DNA of 64,000 bases from Chthonomonadales bacterium. Lineage in GTDB: Bacteria > Armatimonadota > Chthonomonadetes > Chthonomonadales > CAJBBX01. Position 1 is the first letter of the stretch; the number at the start of each line of letters is the position of its first letter. The stretch is from positions 2,793 through 66,792 of the forward strand of contig JAAYVH010000159.1 in NCBI GenBank assembly GCA_012517255.1, given 5' to 3'. Both the position numbers and the translations under genes were made by a program. Positions 7,731-16,902 of this stretch are shown here, piece after piece. The notes under the pieces are model-generated. The model did not search any database and was not told the origin of the DNA. It was given only the letters and a program-made list of their open reading frames with translations.

Positions 7731-9479
7731 ATGCGCGAGCGCCACAGTCCGAGGGGATTGCCCCGGTGTCAGGCCTTTCGGCCCCCTCTGGCGTATGCCC
7801 TCGTGAGTGCCCTTCTGGTGGCGATCGCCGTCGGAGCTTCCGCGCAGGAGATCTCCCGCGAGGATATGGACGCCTGCATGGCCTGTCACGCTGCCCCGAT
7901 GGGTGATGCCGCCGCGGTGAATCGGGACGCCCTGAAGATATCGCCCCACAAGGACCTGGCGTGCCAGGATTGCCACACTTCGATGACGGCGGCGCCGCAC
8001 ACGAAAGAGATGCTGGCCCAGAGGGCATCGTGCGGAACCTGCCATCCGGAGCCGCTCTCGGCGTACATGGACAGTGTGCACTCGCGGCCCGACAAAGTCG
8101 AGGGCGACCATCCGACGTGCCGATCGTGCCATGGACGCGGCGGCGATCCTCATGCCGTGGTCAAGCAAGCGTGGACGCGCCGGCAGACGACGGGCCTGTG
8201 CGCACGATGCCACAGCGAGAAGGCGCGCATGGCGCGCTACGGCGTGGATCCGGATGCTTCGCGCTCGTATAGCGACAGCTTCCATGGCAAGGCGCTCCTG
8301 CGGTTCAACCTCGTGAAGGCCGCAGGATGCGTAGACTGCCATAAGCAGCACGACGTCAAGTCGCCCGGCGACCCGACGGCGCCCACCAATCGTGCGAACG
8401 TTGCCGCGGTGTGCGGTCAGGACGGTTGCCACCCGGGAGCGAAGATGAACTTCGCCATGTCGGGGGCCAATCACCTGAAACTGAAACTCAAGGCCGTGCC
8501 TCTGCTCCGCCTCGAGGAGCTCTTTTTCCAGTGGCTCACCGCCGGCACTATGCTGTTCCTTATCGGCGGCATCGCGCTGGACCTGCGCACGCGGGTGTTC
8601 ACCAGGAAGCAGGTGCCCGCAGCGAGCCGCGTCGTGGCCGCGATCATCGCCGCCAGCTTCCTCGCGCTGGTCGCCTCGCTGGCCATGGCGGTGGCAGGCT
8701 TCGGACGACCGCGGTGGGTCGGGATCGCCGCCGTAATCCTCATGGCGCTTGCCGGCGTGGTCTGGGCAGCGGTTGGCCGTCGGGCGAAGCCATCATCGGG
8801 TCCTGAGAAGGAGTATCCGCGTCTGGACCTCGTGCACCGGCTGCAGCACATCCTGTTGTTTGTCAGCTTCATCGCGCTTGCCGTAACGGGGCTTCCCCTC
8901 CGATTCGCGCACCATCCCTGGCTCGTGGCGATGTATCAGGCCATGGGAGGCATTGGCGTCGCTCGCGGCATCCACCGCGTTGCGGCCGTCATGATGATCG
9001 CGGCCTGGATCTGGCACACCATCGACCTGCTCATACGCTGGAAGCGGGCGGGGTTCCGGTTCTCATCATGGAGCATGTTCCCGACGATGAAGGACGTCCG
9101 CGACTTTGTGCAGCTCAGCCGCTACTATCTGGGACTGTCGTCGGAGCCGCCGAAGTTCGACCGGTTCGAGTTTCGCCAGAAGTTCGACTACTTCGCGGTC
9201 TACTGGGGCATGCCCATTATGGTGTTCTCGGGGCTTGTGCTGTGGTTCCCGATCTTCTTCGGCAACATGCTCCCTGAGACAGGAGTGTCGGCGGCCTACA
9301 TTGCCCACAGCGATGAGGCCATCCTGGCGGTGCTGGCCATTGCCGTCTGGCATTTCTATAACGTCCACTTCAACCCGGGCGATTTCCCGATGAGCTTCGC
9401 ATGGCTCACCGGAAAGAAGACGCGAAGCCAGATGGAGCACGAGCACCCGCTGGAGTTGGAGCGGATCGAGCGGGGCTAG
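7731..9479 (+). CDS. membrane multihaem cytochrome c fused to an FdnI/HydC-like di-haem cytochrome b domain (CbcL-like quinol-linked electron-transfer protein)
   Basis: AGGAGG at 7717-7722 and a signal/anchor sequence. Six CXXCH motifs (Cys at aa 49, 78, 101, 130, 157, 200) plus one CX4CH (aa 228-234) and about 8 spare His residues. About 7 hydrophobic helices follow, the last four carrying His in HRLQHILLF, GIHRVAAV..WHT, YIAHSDEA and WHFYNVH. Confidence 0.75.
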   Translation: MRERHSPRGLPRCQAFRPPLAYALVSALLVAIAVGASAQEISREDMDACMACHAAPMGDAAAVNRDALKISPHKDLACQDCHTSMTAAPHTKEMLAQRASCGTCHPEPLSAYMDSVHSRPDKVEGDHPTCRSCHGRGGDPHAVVKQAWTRRQTTGLCARCHSEKARMARYGVDPDASRSYSDSFHGKALLRFNLVKAAGCVDCHKQHDVKSPGDPTAPTNRANVAAVCGQDGCHPGAKMNFAMSGANHLKLKLKAVPLLRLEELFFQWLTAGTMLFLIGGIALDLRTRVFTRKQVPAASRVVAAIIAASFLALVASLAMAVAGFGRPRWVGIAAVILMALAGVVWAAVGRRAKPSSGPEKEYPRLDLVHRLQHILLFVSFIALAVTGLPLRFAHHPWLVAMYQAMGGIGVARGIHRVAAVMMIAAWIWHTIDLLIRWKRAGFRFSSWSMFPTMKDVRDFVQLSRYYLGLSSEPPKFDRFEFRQKFDYFAVYWGMPIMVFSGLVLWFPIFFGNMLPETGVSAAYIAHSDEAILAVLAIAVWHFYNVHFNPGDFPMSFAWLTGKKTRSQMEHEHPLELERIERG

Positions 9480-9509
9480 CGCTGCCGCACGGGCTGCCCT
9501 CGGGTTCGC

Positions 9510-12443
9510 CTATGTGTCCGACTGGCGGGCGGCTGGTCCGGAGCGTGTTAGCACGCCGAGAGGACTGGCGGTCCTGGTAGCCGTGCCTTCCCCGATCGTG
9601 AACCGGAAGGTGGCTCCCTTGCCGGGGGAGCCCTCAGCCCAGACGCGGCCGCCGTGCATTTCGACAGCGCGCCGAACGAATGCCAGGCTGAATCCCGTGC
9701 CCTCGATCTCGTCGGATGCTCGATATCGCCGGAAGACATCAAAGAGGGTGTGGGCATACTCCTGATCGAAGCCGACGCCGTTATCGCGGACGAAATAGGC
9801 TCCGTCTTCGTAGCCTATGTGGATCATGGCCATGGTCGCCCCGGCGGTTGCTTGCAGCGCGTTCTTGATCAGGTTCTGGAAGACCAACTGCAGCAGGCCG
9901 GGATCGGCGTCACATGGGGGCAGATCGTCCACCGTGATCGCGGCGGCATGGGGGAAGTCCGCGCGGAGGCTGCGAATGGCCTCGTGCGCGAGGTGCGTCG
10001 GGACGACCCTCCTCCGCCGGAGTTCCGATCTGCGGAGCCTGCCAAGGGCGACAAGCGCTTCGATGAGCGCCCCCATGCGCCTGGCGGCCATGCGCACGCG
10101 CTCTAGGTCCCGTCGGCCTTCAGCGGGCAGCAGCTCGCCATATTGCTCCATCACGGCGCATGTGAAGCCATGGGCTGCCCGGACAGGCGCCTTGAGATCG
10201 TGGCTCAAGGTGTACATGAAGGCAGCCATCTCCTCGCTCATCTGGACCAGCTCGGCGGTCCGTGCTTCCACCTTCTGTTCGAGATCGTGTCGGGCTTCTT
10301 CGAGTTGGGCCAGGAGGCGCGCCTTCTGGACGGCTACGGCAGACTGCTCGGCGAAGGAGAACAGGGCACGGACATCCTCGTCGGTAATCAGCCTGTTGGT
10401 GAGAAGGTTGTCCACCGCAATGGCTCCGAGGATGACGTCGCCCGCTCGCATCGGCACTACGGCGTGCGAGCGGACCCCGCGCATCGTCTCGGGAGTGTGC
10501 TCCGGCTGGAGAGCCGATCGGTTCTCGATGAGCGAGTACTCGATCTCGCCCCGGAGCACGCGGTGCAACGGTACGGGGCTCTCGTCGTCGAGCGGCAGCG
10601 ATCGCTCACCGAGATCTTCGAGGCGCCCCTGACGGTCGGTCCCCCAGGTACCCGTGATCATGCGCGTCTCATGGTCGTAGAGCCACACGCCTGCGCGATC
10701 GAACATGCCGCAATCCACGATGGCATTGCGCACCATGCGCATCATTACCCGCAGATCGGTCTGGGCGGCGCTCGCGGCGGCGACGCGGCCCAGCGCCTCC
10801 AGCGAAGACACTCGTTGCCGAAGTTCGGAGGCCATGCGAGCTGCGCGTACCGCAGCGGCAGCCTGTTCGGCGAACGGAAGAAGAAGCTGGATGTCGTCAT
10901 CTGAAATGGGGCGGTCAGACAGCGCGTTATCCACCGAGATGCAGCCGACAATCTGATCGCCTACTCGCATGGGCACGACCGCGTGCCAGCGCACCCCCTG
11001 CATCCACGGAGGGGTCAGCTCAGCTCCCAGCGCCTCGCGGTTCTCAAGCAGCGAATAGGGAATCCGCCCCGACACCACGAGATCGGACGGCATGCCCCTA
11101 TCGGGGTCTACGGTCTGCACGTTGCTCGAGATGTCCTCGAGGTTGCCTTGACGGTCGGTGCCCCAGGTACCCGTCAGCGTGTTGGCGCCGGGGTCGTAGA
11201 TGAACACCCCGGCACGATCGAACAGGCCCGAACCGACGATACCGTCTCGCACCAGTCGCATCATATCGCTCAGCTCGCTGTTGGCCGTTATTGCAGAGGC
11301 GATACGGCCCAGATGCTGAAGCTGCGATACACGCTCGCGCAACTGCCGCTGAAGGCGCGAGTTGTGGACGGCAAGGGCGGCATACTCCGCGAACGGCAGG
11401 AGAGCCGCCACGTCGTCTTCGTTGATCGGGGTGTCTGTGAGCAGATTGTCGCCGACAAGGACCCCGACGATCTCGCTGCCCACGCGCATCGGCAGCACGC
11501 AATGGTGCTTCACCCCGAACATGGGATCGTCGGGCGAGAGGCCATACCGCTCGGTGTGGTTCGTCTCAAGCGCATAGGGCATCTGTCCGACAAGGACCTG
11601 CCCTATGGGATCGTCGGGCCGGTCCGTCACCTGCAGCTCGCTGTCGTGCAGGCTCTGAGGCTGACCATCGCGACCGGTACCCCAGACCCCCTTGAACTTG
11701 CCTGAGCCGGGATCACGCAAGTAGATGCCGACACGGTCGAGCCGGCCCACCTCGATCACAGCGTCGCGTATTAGCCGCAGTACCTGATCGAGCTCAGCCT
11801 CCGAGACGATGATCTCGCCAAGGCGGGTGAGACGTCGCGCAATGTCCTGATGGCGCTCGCGCAGAGTTCTGACGCGCGCAGCCAGCAGCGCCACCGCGAT
11901 CCGGGGGACCCCTGCCTCCAGCAATGCGAGATCGTCGCCGGTGAGGGCGCGACGTGTCAGCAGATTGTCGGCCCAGAGGACGCCGATCAGCTCGTCGGCC
12001 AGCCTGATGGCTGCAATCAGGCACTCCTGTGAGCCATGCAGCGGATCATCGGTCGGGACCGCGAGCAAGGCGGACGCATCGGCGATGAGCGGGGACTCGC
12101 TCCCTTCGCCGACCACGGCGTAGGCCGGATGATGGCAGGTCTTTGCCGCCGCCCGGACATCGCCGGCAAGGTCGTAGGGCTGGCCCTGGTGATCCACGCC
12201 CGACCGATCCCACAGAAGGTCTGCGCGCTTGTCATACAGGAGGATACCGACGCGATCGAAGCCTCCCGCCGCCTGGAAAGCATCGCGCGTCATGCTGAGC
12301 ACGTTCCCTAGAGGCACGCCTGAGCCGACGGCTACGCTGATATGCGCCAGTTGCCGCTCTAGTTCGCCAACCCTGCGTGTTCGTTGTGGTGGTCCGCTGC
12401 CCGGGATCTCGTCGTTGGGGGGCATGGCCGGAAGATACCTCAC
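9510..12443 (-). CDS. cytoplasmic sensor histidine kinase with four tandem GAF domains
   Basis: A GAF-like unit recurs four times (FDRVGILLYD, LDRVGIYLRD, FDRAGVFIYD, FDRAGVWLYD, each followed by ..VPMR.G....G....DN.L). Next come a coiled coil, the HisKA H-box FMYTLSHDLKAPVRA, and HATPase motifs (NLIKNALQAT, RDNGVGF, GTGFSLAFVRRAVEMHGGRVW). No TM segment and no receiver domain. Confidence 0.85.
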   Translation of the reverse strand: MRYLPAMPPNDEIPGSGPPQRTRRVGELERQLAHISVAVGSGVPLGNVLSMTRDAFQAAGGFDRVGILLYDKRADLLWDRSGVDHQGQPYDLAGDVRAAAKTCHHPAYAVVGEGSESPLIADASALLAVPTDDPLHGSQECLIAAIRLADELIGVLWADNLLTRRALTGDDLALLEAGVPRIAVALLAARVRTLRERHQDIARRLTRLGEIIVSEAELDQVLRLIRDAVIEVGRLDRVGIYLRDPGSGKFKGVWGTGRDGQPQSLHDSELQVTDRPDDPIGQVLVGQMPYALETNHTERYGLSPDDPMFGVKHHCVLPMRVGSEIVGVLVGDNLLTDTPINEDDVAALLPFAEYAALAVHNSRLQRQLRERVSQLQHLGRIASAITANSELSDMMRLVRDGIVGSGLFDRAGVFIYDPGANTLTGTWGTDRQGNLEDISSNVQTVDPDRGMPSDLVVSGRIPYSLLENREALGAELTPPWMQGVRWHAVVPMRVGDQIVGCISVDNALSDRPISDDDIQLLLPFAEQAAAAVRAARMASELRQRVSSLEALGRVAAASAAQTDLRVMMRMVRNAIVDCGMFDRAGVWLYDHETRMITGTWGTDRQGRLEDLGERSLPLDDESPVPLHRVLRGEIEYSLIENRSALQPEHTPETMRGVRSHAVVPMRAGDVILGAIAVDNLLTNRLITDEDVRALFSFAEQSAVAVQKARLLAQLEEARHDLEQKVEARTAELVQMSEEMAAFMYTLSHDLKAPVRAAHGFTCAVMEQYGELLPAEGRRDLERVRMAARRMGALIEALVALGRLRRSELRRRRVVPTHLAHEAIRSLRADFPHAAAITVDDLPPCDADPGLLQLVFQNLIKNALQATAGATMAMIHIGYEDGAYFVRDNGVGFDQEYAHTLFDVFRRYRASDEIEGTGFSLAFVRRAVEMHGGRVWAEGSPGKGATFRFTIGEGTATRTASPLGVLTRSGPAARQSDT

Positions 12444-12559
12444 TGGGATTGTGCCCGCTCGGACGACGGAGCGTCAATGCCATGACCGCGAGATTCGCGC
12501 GCCCTGCGGTCAGCAAGAAGGACAACCGCGTGTCGGCGTACAACCTACTTCCAGAGGTT

Positions 12560-15500
12560 ATGCCCATGACATCGCTGCGGCCGTTCATGCTGATTTTGCT
12601 CGCGTTAGCTGCACTCTGGCCAACCCGCGAGCCGCGCGGCGATCTGGACGCCGCCGGTCAGGAGCGCCAGCTCGACGCGTTAGTAACGTTGGACCGCTGG
12701 GCTCTGAGCGGTCCGCCCATCGCTGACAGTCTCGGGCGCAGTGCGCTGGCCGTCAGCGTGAAAGACCCGCCAAACGGACAGAGCGCCTCGATCGAGCTTA
12801 CCGCCGATTTCGCCCAACCCGATCGAAGGTGGGTCTCTGTTGACTATGAGGGCCCGCCGATCCCGGGCCGCTGTCGCGAGATCTCCATGATGGCGTGGAC
12901 CGACAGTCCGGGCGTCAGGCTCGAGATGGTCCTGGAGGATTCCGCGGGCGGATGGTTCACCCGTGAGCTGTCGCTTCCGAGCGCGGCAGCGTGGCATCGC
13001 CTGCGCGCGGAGGTCGGTTCGGGACGGGATTGGAGGCCGTGGCTTCGTCGCGGCGAGGCTGCCAGACCGATCGAACAGCCGGTGGCTCTGCGTCGGGTAC
13101 GGCTGCTCAGGCCCGAGAGCAACGCGCATGCGACGGTCGTCTGTCGCCTCGCCGACCTGCGCGCACAGAGCGATCAGTCTGGCTTCGACATGCTGGAGGC
13201 GCAGGTCTCAAGCGGAAGGGCCGGCAACGTCTTTGTCAGCGGCGAAACCCCATCGCTGCAGGTTCGCATGGTCAACCGCGCCGACAGACCCGTGCGCATT
13301 GCGCTCCGTCTGACATACGCGGCCTTCGATGCCGAGGTCGGCTCTGCCCAGGGGCCGCCGCCGATCACAATGACCCGCAGGGCAGCGCGTGTGGACCTCG
13401 GATCCGTCGCCGTTGCGCCCGGGGAAACGTACACGCGCCGCGTCCGGTGTCCCACCTCGATCTACGGGGTCCACCGTGTTGTCCTAAGCGCCGCAGATGG
13501 CGCACGGGAGCGGCGCTGGCATGGAAGCTTCGCCTATGTTCGCGCGTCAGAGCCTGGCAGGAGGAGCGCCTCCCGTCGGAGGCCGCCATGGAGCGCCGGG
13601 AGCCGTTTCGGCATCTGCGGAAACATCGGAGGGTTCAGGGACGACCTCGAGGCTGTGGCCAAACGGCTCAATGGGATTGCGGGAGCCGGATGGTCGAGAG
13701 TGGGTCTGGCATGGCAGCAGGTCAACGGAGCCCCGAGAGTGTGGGCGTGGGATCCGCCGGCGCTGGCAGAGGGCCCGGTAGGCGCCGCGCTTCGCTCGGC
13801 AAGAACGCCGCTGCGCGCGCCTCACGATGCATCCCAGAGCTGTCCCGATGAGGTCACCCTGGCGTTCTGGGCGCGCATCTCTGGCCCGAACGGCCTCGAT
13901 CAGGTCGCCGTGCGCAAGTGGGGACCGGGCGATCGCCGGAACTATGGAGCTTATTTCGACCGAGAGACCGGGGCGTTCACCTTCTCGGCGGGCTACGAGA
14001 ATCGGCGCGGCGTCATCGCCAACATCAGCGCAGGGGTCAGCGCCTATGATGGCCAGTGGCACCACTACGCCGCCACCTATTCGCGCCACATTCGCTCGGT
14101 CTGCCTCTACGTAGACGGGACGCTGTTGACTGCGGCCAACCATGATGGCGGACGGCTGCGCACAACTACAGCAGATCTTATGCTGGCACAGGACTTCGCG
14201 GGCGATCTCGACGAGGTCATGGTCTATCGCCGTGCGCTCGGACCTGCCGACATAGCGGCGCTCGTGCGCAAGGCAGATCCGCCCAGGGACGGCCTCGTCG
14301 CCTGGTACGCATTCAATGACCCCGCTCGGATCGGCCGGAATACCGCCGGCAACGCCCCCAGCGTGACCGACCTTGTGCGGGACGAGCCGGATGGCGTGAA
14401 GTTGGCTCGCGAAGCCGCATCCGAGGGAATGGCTACGCTGGCCATCCTTGGCTTTCCGCCTGCCTGGGCGTCATCGCAGCCCGATGCCGCGCGTTTCTGG
14501 CTGCATGAACCAGAGGACAACGCATGGACGGGCTATGTCCAGCAGGTCACGCGGCAGTACAAGGATCTGATAGCGCACTGGGAGATCTGGAACGAGCCCA
14601 ACACCGACGCATTCTGGCAGCCCAGGCCGGATCCCGAGCGGTACCTTCGCACCCTCAAGTCGGCCTATGGCGCGGCGAAGCGGGGCAATCCTCGATGCAC
14701 GGTGCTGATGCCTGGCCTGAGGGGACCGTCGGGCAAGAGGTCGCCGGAAGCCCGTGCTTACCTCGACCGTCTGCTGGGCCTTGGCGCGGCACGCTATTGC
14801 GATGCGATATCGGTGCATCCCTATCGTGACGGATCGCCGGAAGAGACCGATCTCGTCGGCGATCTCAAATGGATCGCGCAACGATCTGCTGTTAGCGGCG
14901 CCAGGCGCCCCCTCTGGCTCACCGAGATGGGCTGGCCAACGCACACCCCCGACGGAGTGACTCCGCGCACGCAAGCCGCGTATCTTGCGCGAGCCTATCT
15001 CCTCGCCGCCTCAACGGGGCTCGTCGAGCGCATGTTCTGGTACAGGCTGCATGATTCCGGCCCCGATCGAACCTACGCCGACGACAACTACGGCCTCTGC
15101 GAAGAGGACATGACCCCAAAACCGGCGTTCTTCGCCCACCGAACCATGGCAGTGCTCCTCGGCGACGCGCGTCCAGACGGCGAGTTAAGCGTGGGAGGCG
15201 GCGTGAGAGCTCTCTGCTTCCGCTCTCCCCAAGAAAGGTTCGCCGCCATCTGGCATCCGTCGGGCAGGACATGGGTCGCTGTCCATGTCGGCAAACAGCG
15301 CGTAACCATGACCGACCTCATGGGAAACAGCGCCTCTGTCGCGAGCCCTCACGGCGTGTTGCTTCTTGAAGCCGACGACATGCCGAAGTTCGTGCGAGGA
15401 CTATCAGCGACAGTCAAGGCTCAGAGCGGACTCATCGCCACGGTCGGCCCGCTTCCGGCATTGACGTCGCAAGGCCCGGATGCGGTGTCGCGCCAGAGCC

Positions 15501-15775
15501 CGCCCAGCGATGTGCGCGTGCGGATCCGCAACCCGTATCCGGCGCCCGTTGCGGCGGCGGTCACAGCAACGTGCGGACGCGGAGTTGAGATCATGAGCCC
15601 CGCAACGAAGCTGTCCATCGCTGCCAGCGGAGTTGCGGAGTTCCGGCTCAGGGTCCGCGCGGCCCGTGGGGCGGAGCCCGGGCAGGTCCCGCTCACGATC
15701 TCGGCGCGACTGCCGGGAGGGACCGTAACCATGCACATCGAACTGACGGTGCGATCGGCAGGCCCACGGTCATGA
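12560..15775 (+). CDS. secreted multidomain LamG (concanavalin-A-like) + clan GH-A glycoside hydrolase protein
   Basis: Signal peptide MPMTSLRPFMLILLALAALW. LamG-like block (GQWHHYAATY...LYVDG...GDLDEVMVYRRAL). GH-A catalytic motifs HWEIWNEPN (acid/base) and LWLTEMGWPT (nucleophile). The ORF track starts at 12377, which would overlap the divergent kinase gene. Confidence 0.6.
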   Translation: MPMTSLRPFMLILLALAALWPTREPRGDLDAAGQERQLDALVTLDRWALSGPPIADSLGRSALAVSVKDPPNGQSASIELTADFAQPDRRWVSVDYEGPPIPGRCREISMMAWTDSPGVRLEMVLEDSAGGWFTRELSLPSAAAWHRLRAEVGSGRDWRPWLRRGEAARPIEQPVALRRVRLLRPESNAHATVVCRLADLRAQSDQSGFDMLEAQVSSGRAGNVFVSGETPSLQVRMVNRADRPVRIALRLTYAAFDAEVGSAQGPPPITMTRRAARVDLGSVAVAPGETYTRRVRCPTSIYGVHRVVLSAADGARERRWHGSFAYVRASEPGRRSASRRRPPWSAGSRFGICGNIGGFRDDLEAVAKRLNGIAGAGWSRVGLAWQQVNGAPRVWAWDPPALAEGPVGAALRSARTPLRAPHDASQSCPDEVTLAFWARISGPNGLDQVAVRKWGPGDRRNYGAYFDRETGAFTFSAGYENRRGVIANISAGVSAYDGQWHHYAATYSRHIRSVCLYVDGTLLTAANHDGGRLRTTTADLMLAQDFAGDLDEVMVYRRALGPADIAALVRKADPPRDGLVAWYAFNDPARIGRNTAGNAPSVTDLVRDEPDGVKLAREAASEGMATLAILGFPPAWASSQPDAARFWLHEPEDNAWTGYVQQVTRQYKDLIAHWEIWNEPNTDAFWQPRPDPERYLRTLKSAYGAAKRGNPRCTVLMPGLRGPSGKRSPEARAYLDRLLGLGAARYCDAISVHPYRDGSPEETDLVGDLKWIAQRSAVSGARRPLWLTEMGWPTHTPDGVTPRTQAAYLARAYLLAASTGLVERMFWYRLHDSGPDRTYADDNYGLCEEDMTPKPAFFAHRTMAVLLGDARPDGELSVGGGVRALCFRSPQERFAAIWHPSGRTWVAVHVGKQRVTMTDLMGNSASVASPHGVLLLEADDMPKFVRGLSATVKAQSGLIATVGPLPALTSQGPDAVSRQSPPSDVRVRIRNPYPAPVAAAVTATCGRGVEIMSPATKLSIAASGVAEFRLRVRAARGAEPGQVPLTISARLPGGTVTMHIELTVRSAGPRS

Positions 15776-15827
15776 CGGACGCCGCGGAGCATGCGTGCCG
15801 AACAACCAGAGGACAGGGGGCAGCGCC

Positions 15828-16847
15828 ATGCTGAAAGCGATCATCACCGGCGCGCGGAGCGCCGAGCTCGCCGAGTGTCCGACGCCCAAGCCAGTCGCCG
15901 ACTGGGCGCTGGTCAAGACGCTGGTGACCCCCATGTGTACCGAGTACAAGATGTACCTCGGCGGGGGTCGTCACGAGTTCCTCGGGCATGAAGCCGCAGG
16001 CGAGGTGGTCGAAGTGGCTCAGCCCTGCGGCGTCAAGCCAGGCGATCGGGTTGTGGTGATGCCGCAGTATCCGTGCGGCCGATGCGACCTGTGTCTGTCG
16101 GGCGAGTACATTCATTGCCAGGCCTGCTTCGACTTCGACGCATTCACCGGTTCGCCCGAGGGGAAGGCGACCTACGCGCAGTACCTGCTCAAGCCTGCAT
16201 GGCTGCTTCCGAGGGCGCCTGACGATCTCACCATCGAGCAGGCTTCGCTGGCTCTCTGCGCGTTGGGACCGTCCTTCGGCGCGTTCGATCTGATGCGGCT
16301 CGACGCCCTCGATACAACGCTTATCACCGGGCTTGGGCCGGTAGGACTGGGCGCGGTGGTGAATGCCCGGCGTCGCGGCGCGCGGGTGATCGGCGTCGAG
16401 AGCCATCCGTGGCGTGTGGAGCGGGCCCTGGCGCTGGGCGCTGAGCGCGTGCTGGATCCGCGTGATCCGGACTGTGTCCGGCAGGCAATGGCGCTGACCG
16501 GAGGCGCGGGCGTGGATGCCGCGCTGGATTGCAGCGGCGTTCCAGCCGCCCATCGGCTGTGCATCGAGGCGGCTCGCCGCAAAGGCCGCGTGGCGTTTGT
16601 GGGCGAGTGCTCGGAGCCGACGACGTTGCGCGTCTCGAACGACCTCATCCGCAAAGGTCTGACGATCGTCGGTTCATGGCACTACAACCGCGCGCGCGTC
16701 TCGGCTGTCTTCGACGTCATTCGCGCCATGCCACGGGAGATCGAGCTGCTCGTCAGCCATACGCTGCCCATGTCGCGCATCGGCGAGGCATTCGAGATAT
16801 CGGCTTCCCACGATTGCGCGAAGATCCTGCTGCATCCGTGGGAGTGA
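15828..16847 (+). CDS. zinc-dependent medium-chain alcohol/polyol dehydrogenase
   Basis: GHEAAGEVVEV catalytic-zinc motif, structural-zinc Cys cluster CGRCDLCLSGEYIHC, and Rossmann motif ITGLGPVGLG. Confidence 0.8.
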   Translation: MLKAIITGARSAELAECPTPKPVADWALVKTLVTPMCTEYKMYLGGGRHEFLGHEAAGEVVEVAQPCGVKPGDRVVVMPQYPCGRCDLCLSGEYIHCQACFDFDAFTGSPEGKATYAQYLLKPAWLLPRAPDDLTIEQASLALCALGPSFGAFDLMRLDALDTTLITGLGPVGLGAVVNARRRGARVIGVESHPWRVERALALGAERVLDPRDPDCVRQAMALTGGAGVDAALDCSGVPAAHRLCIEAARRKGRVAFVGECSEPTTLRVSNDLIRKGLTIVGSWHYNRARVSAVFDVIRAMPREIELLVSHTLPMSRIGEAFEISASHDCAKILLHPWE

Positions 16848-16851
16848 GACT

Positions 16852-16869
16852 ACCGGCCTGAGGGCCGGT
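16852..16869. terminator. hairpin between convergent genes (possible bidirectional terminator)
   Basis: ACCGGCC-TGAG-GGCCGGT forms a perfect 7-bp GC-rich stem 5 nt after the dehydrogenase stop. There is no clear U-tract on either side. Confidence 0.35.
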
Positions 16870-16902
16870 CGCCGACGCCAGGCCCATGGTGCGGCTCTTC
16901 GT

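Noticed and set aside
5238-9479. Considered as an anammox (hydrazine synthase) gene cluster.
   Set aside because: Only an HzsA-like architecture is present. There are no hzsB/hzsC, hydrazine dehydrogenase or hao-type genes, and no ladderane-related context. I keep it as a homologous module of unknown chemistry.
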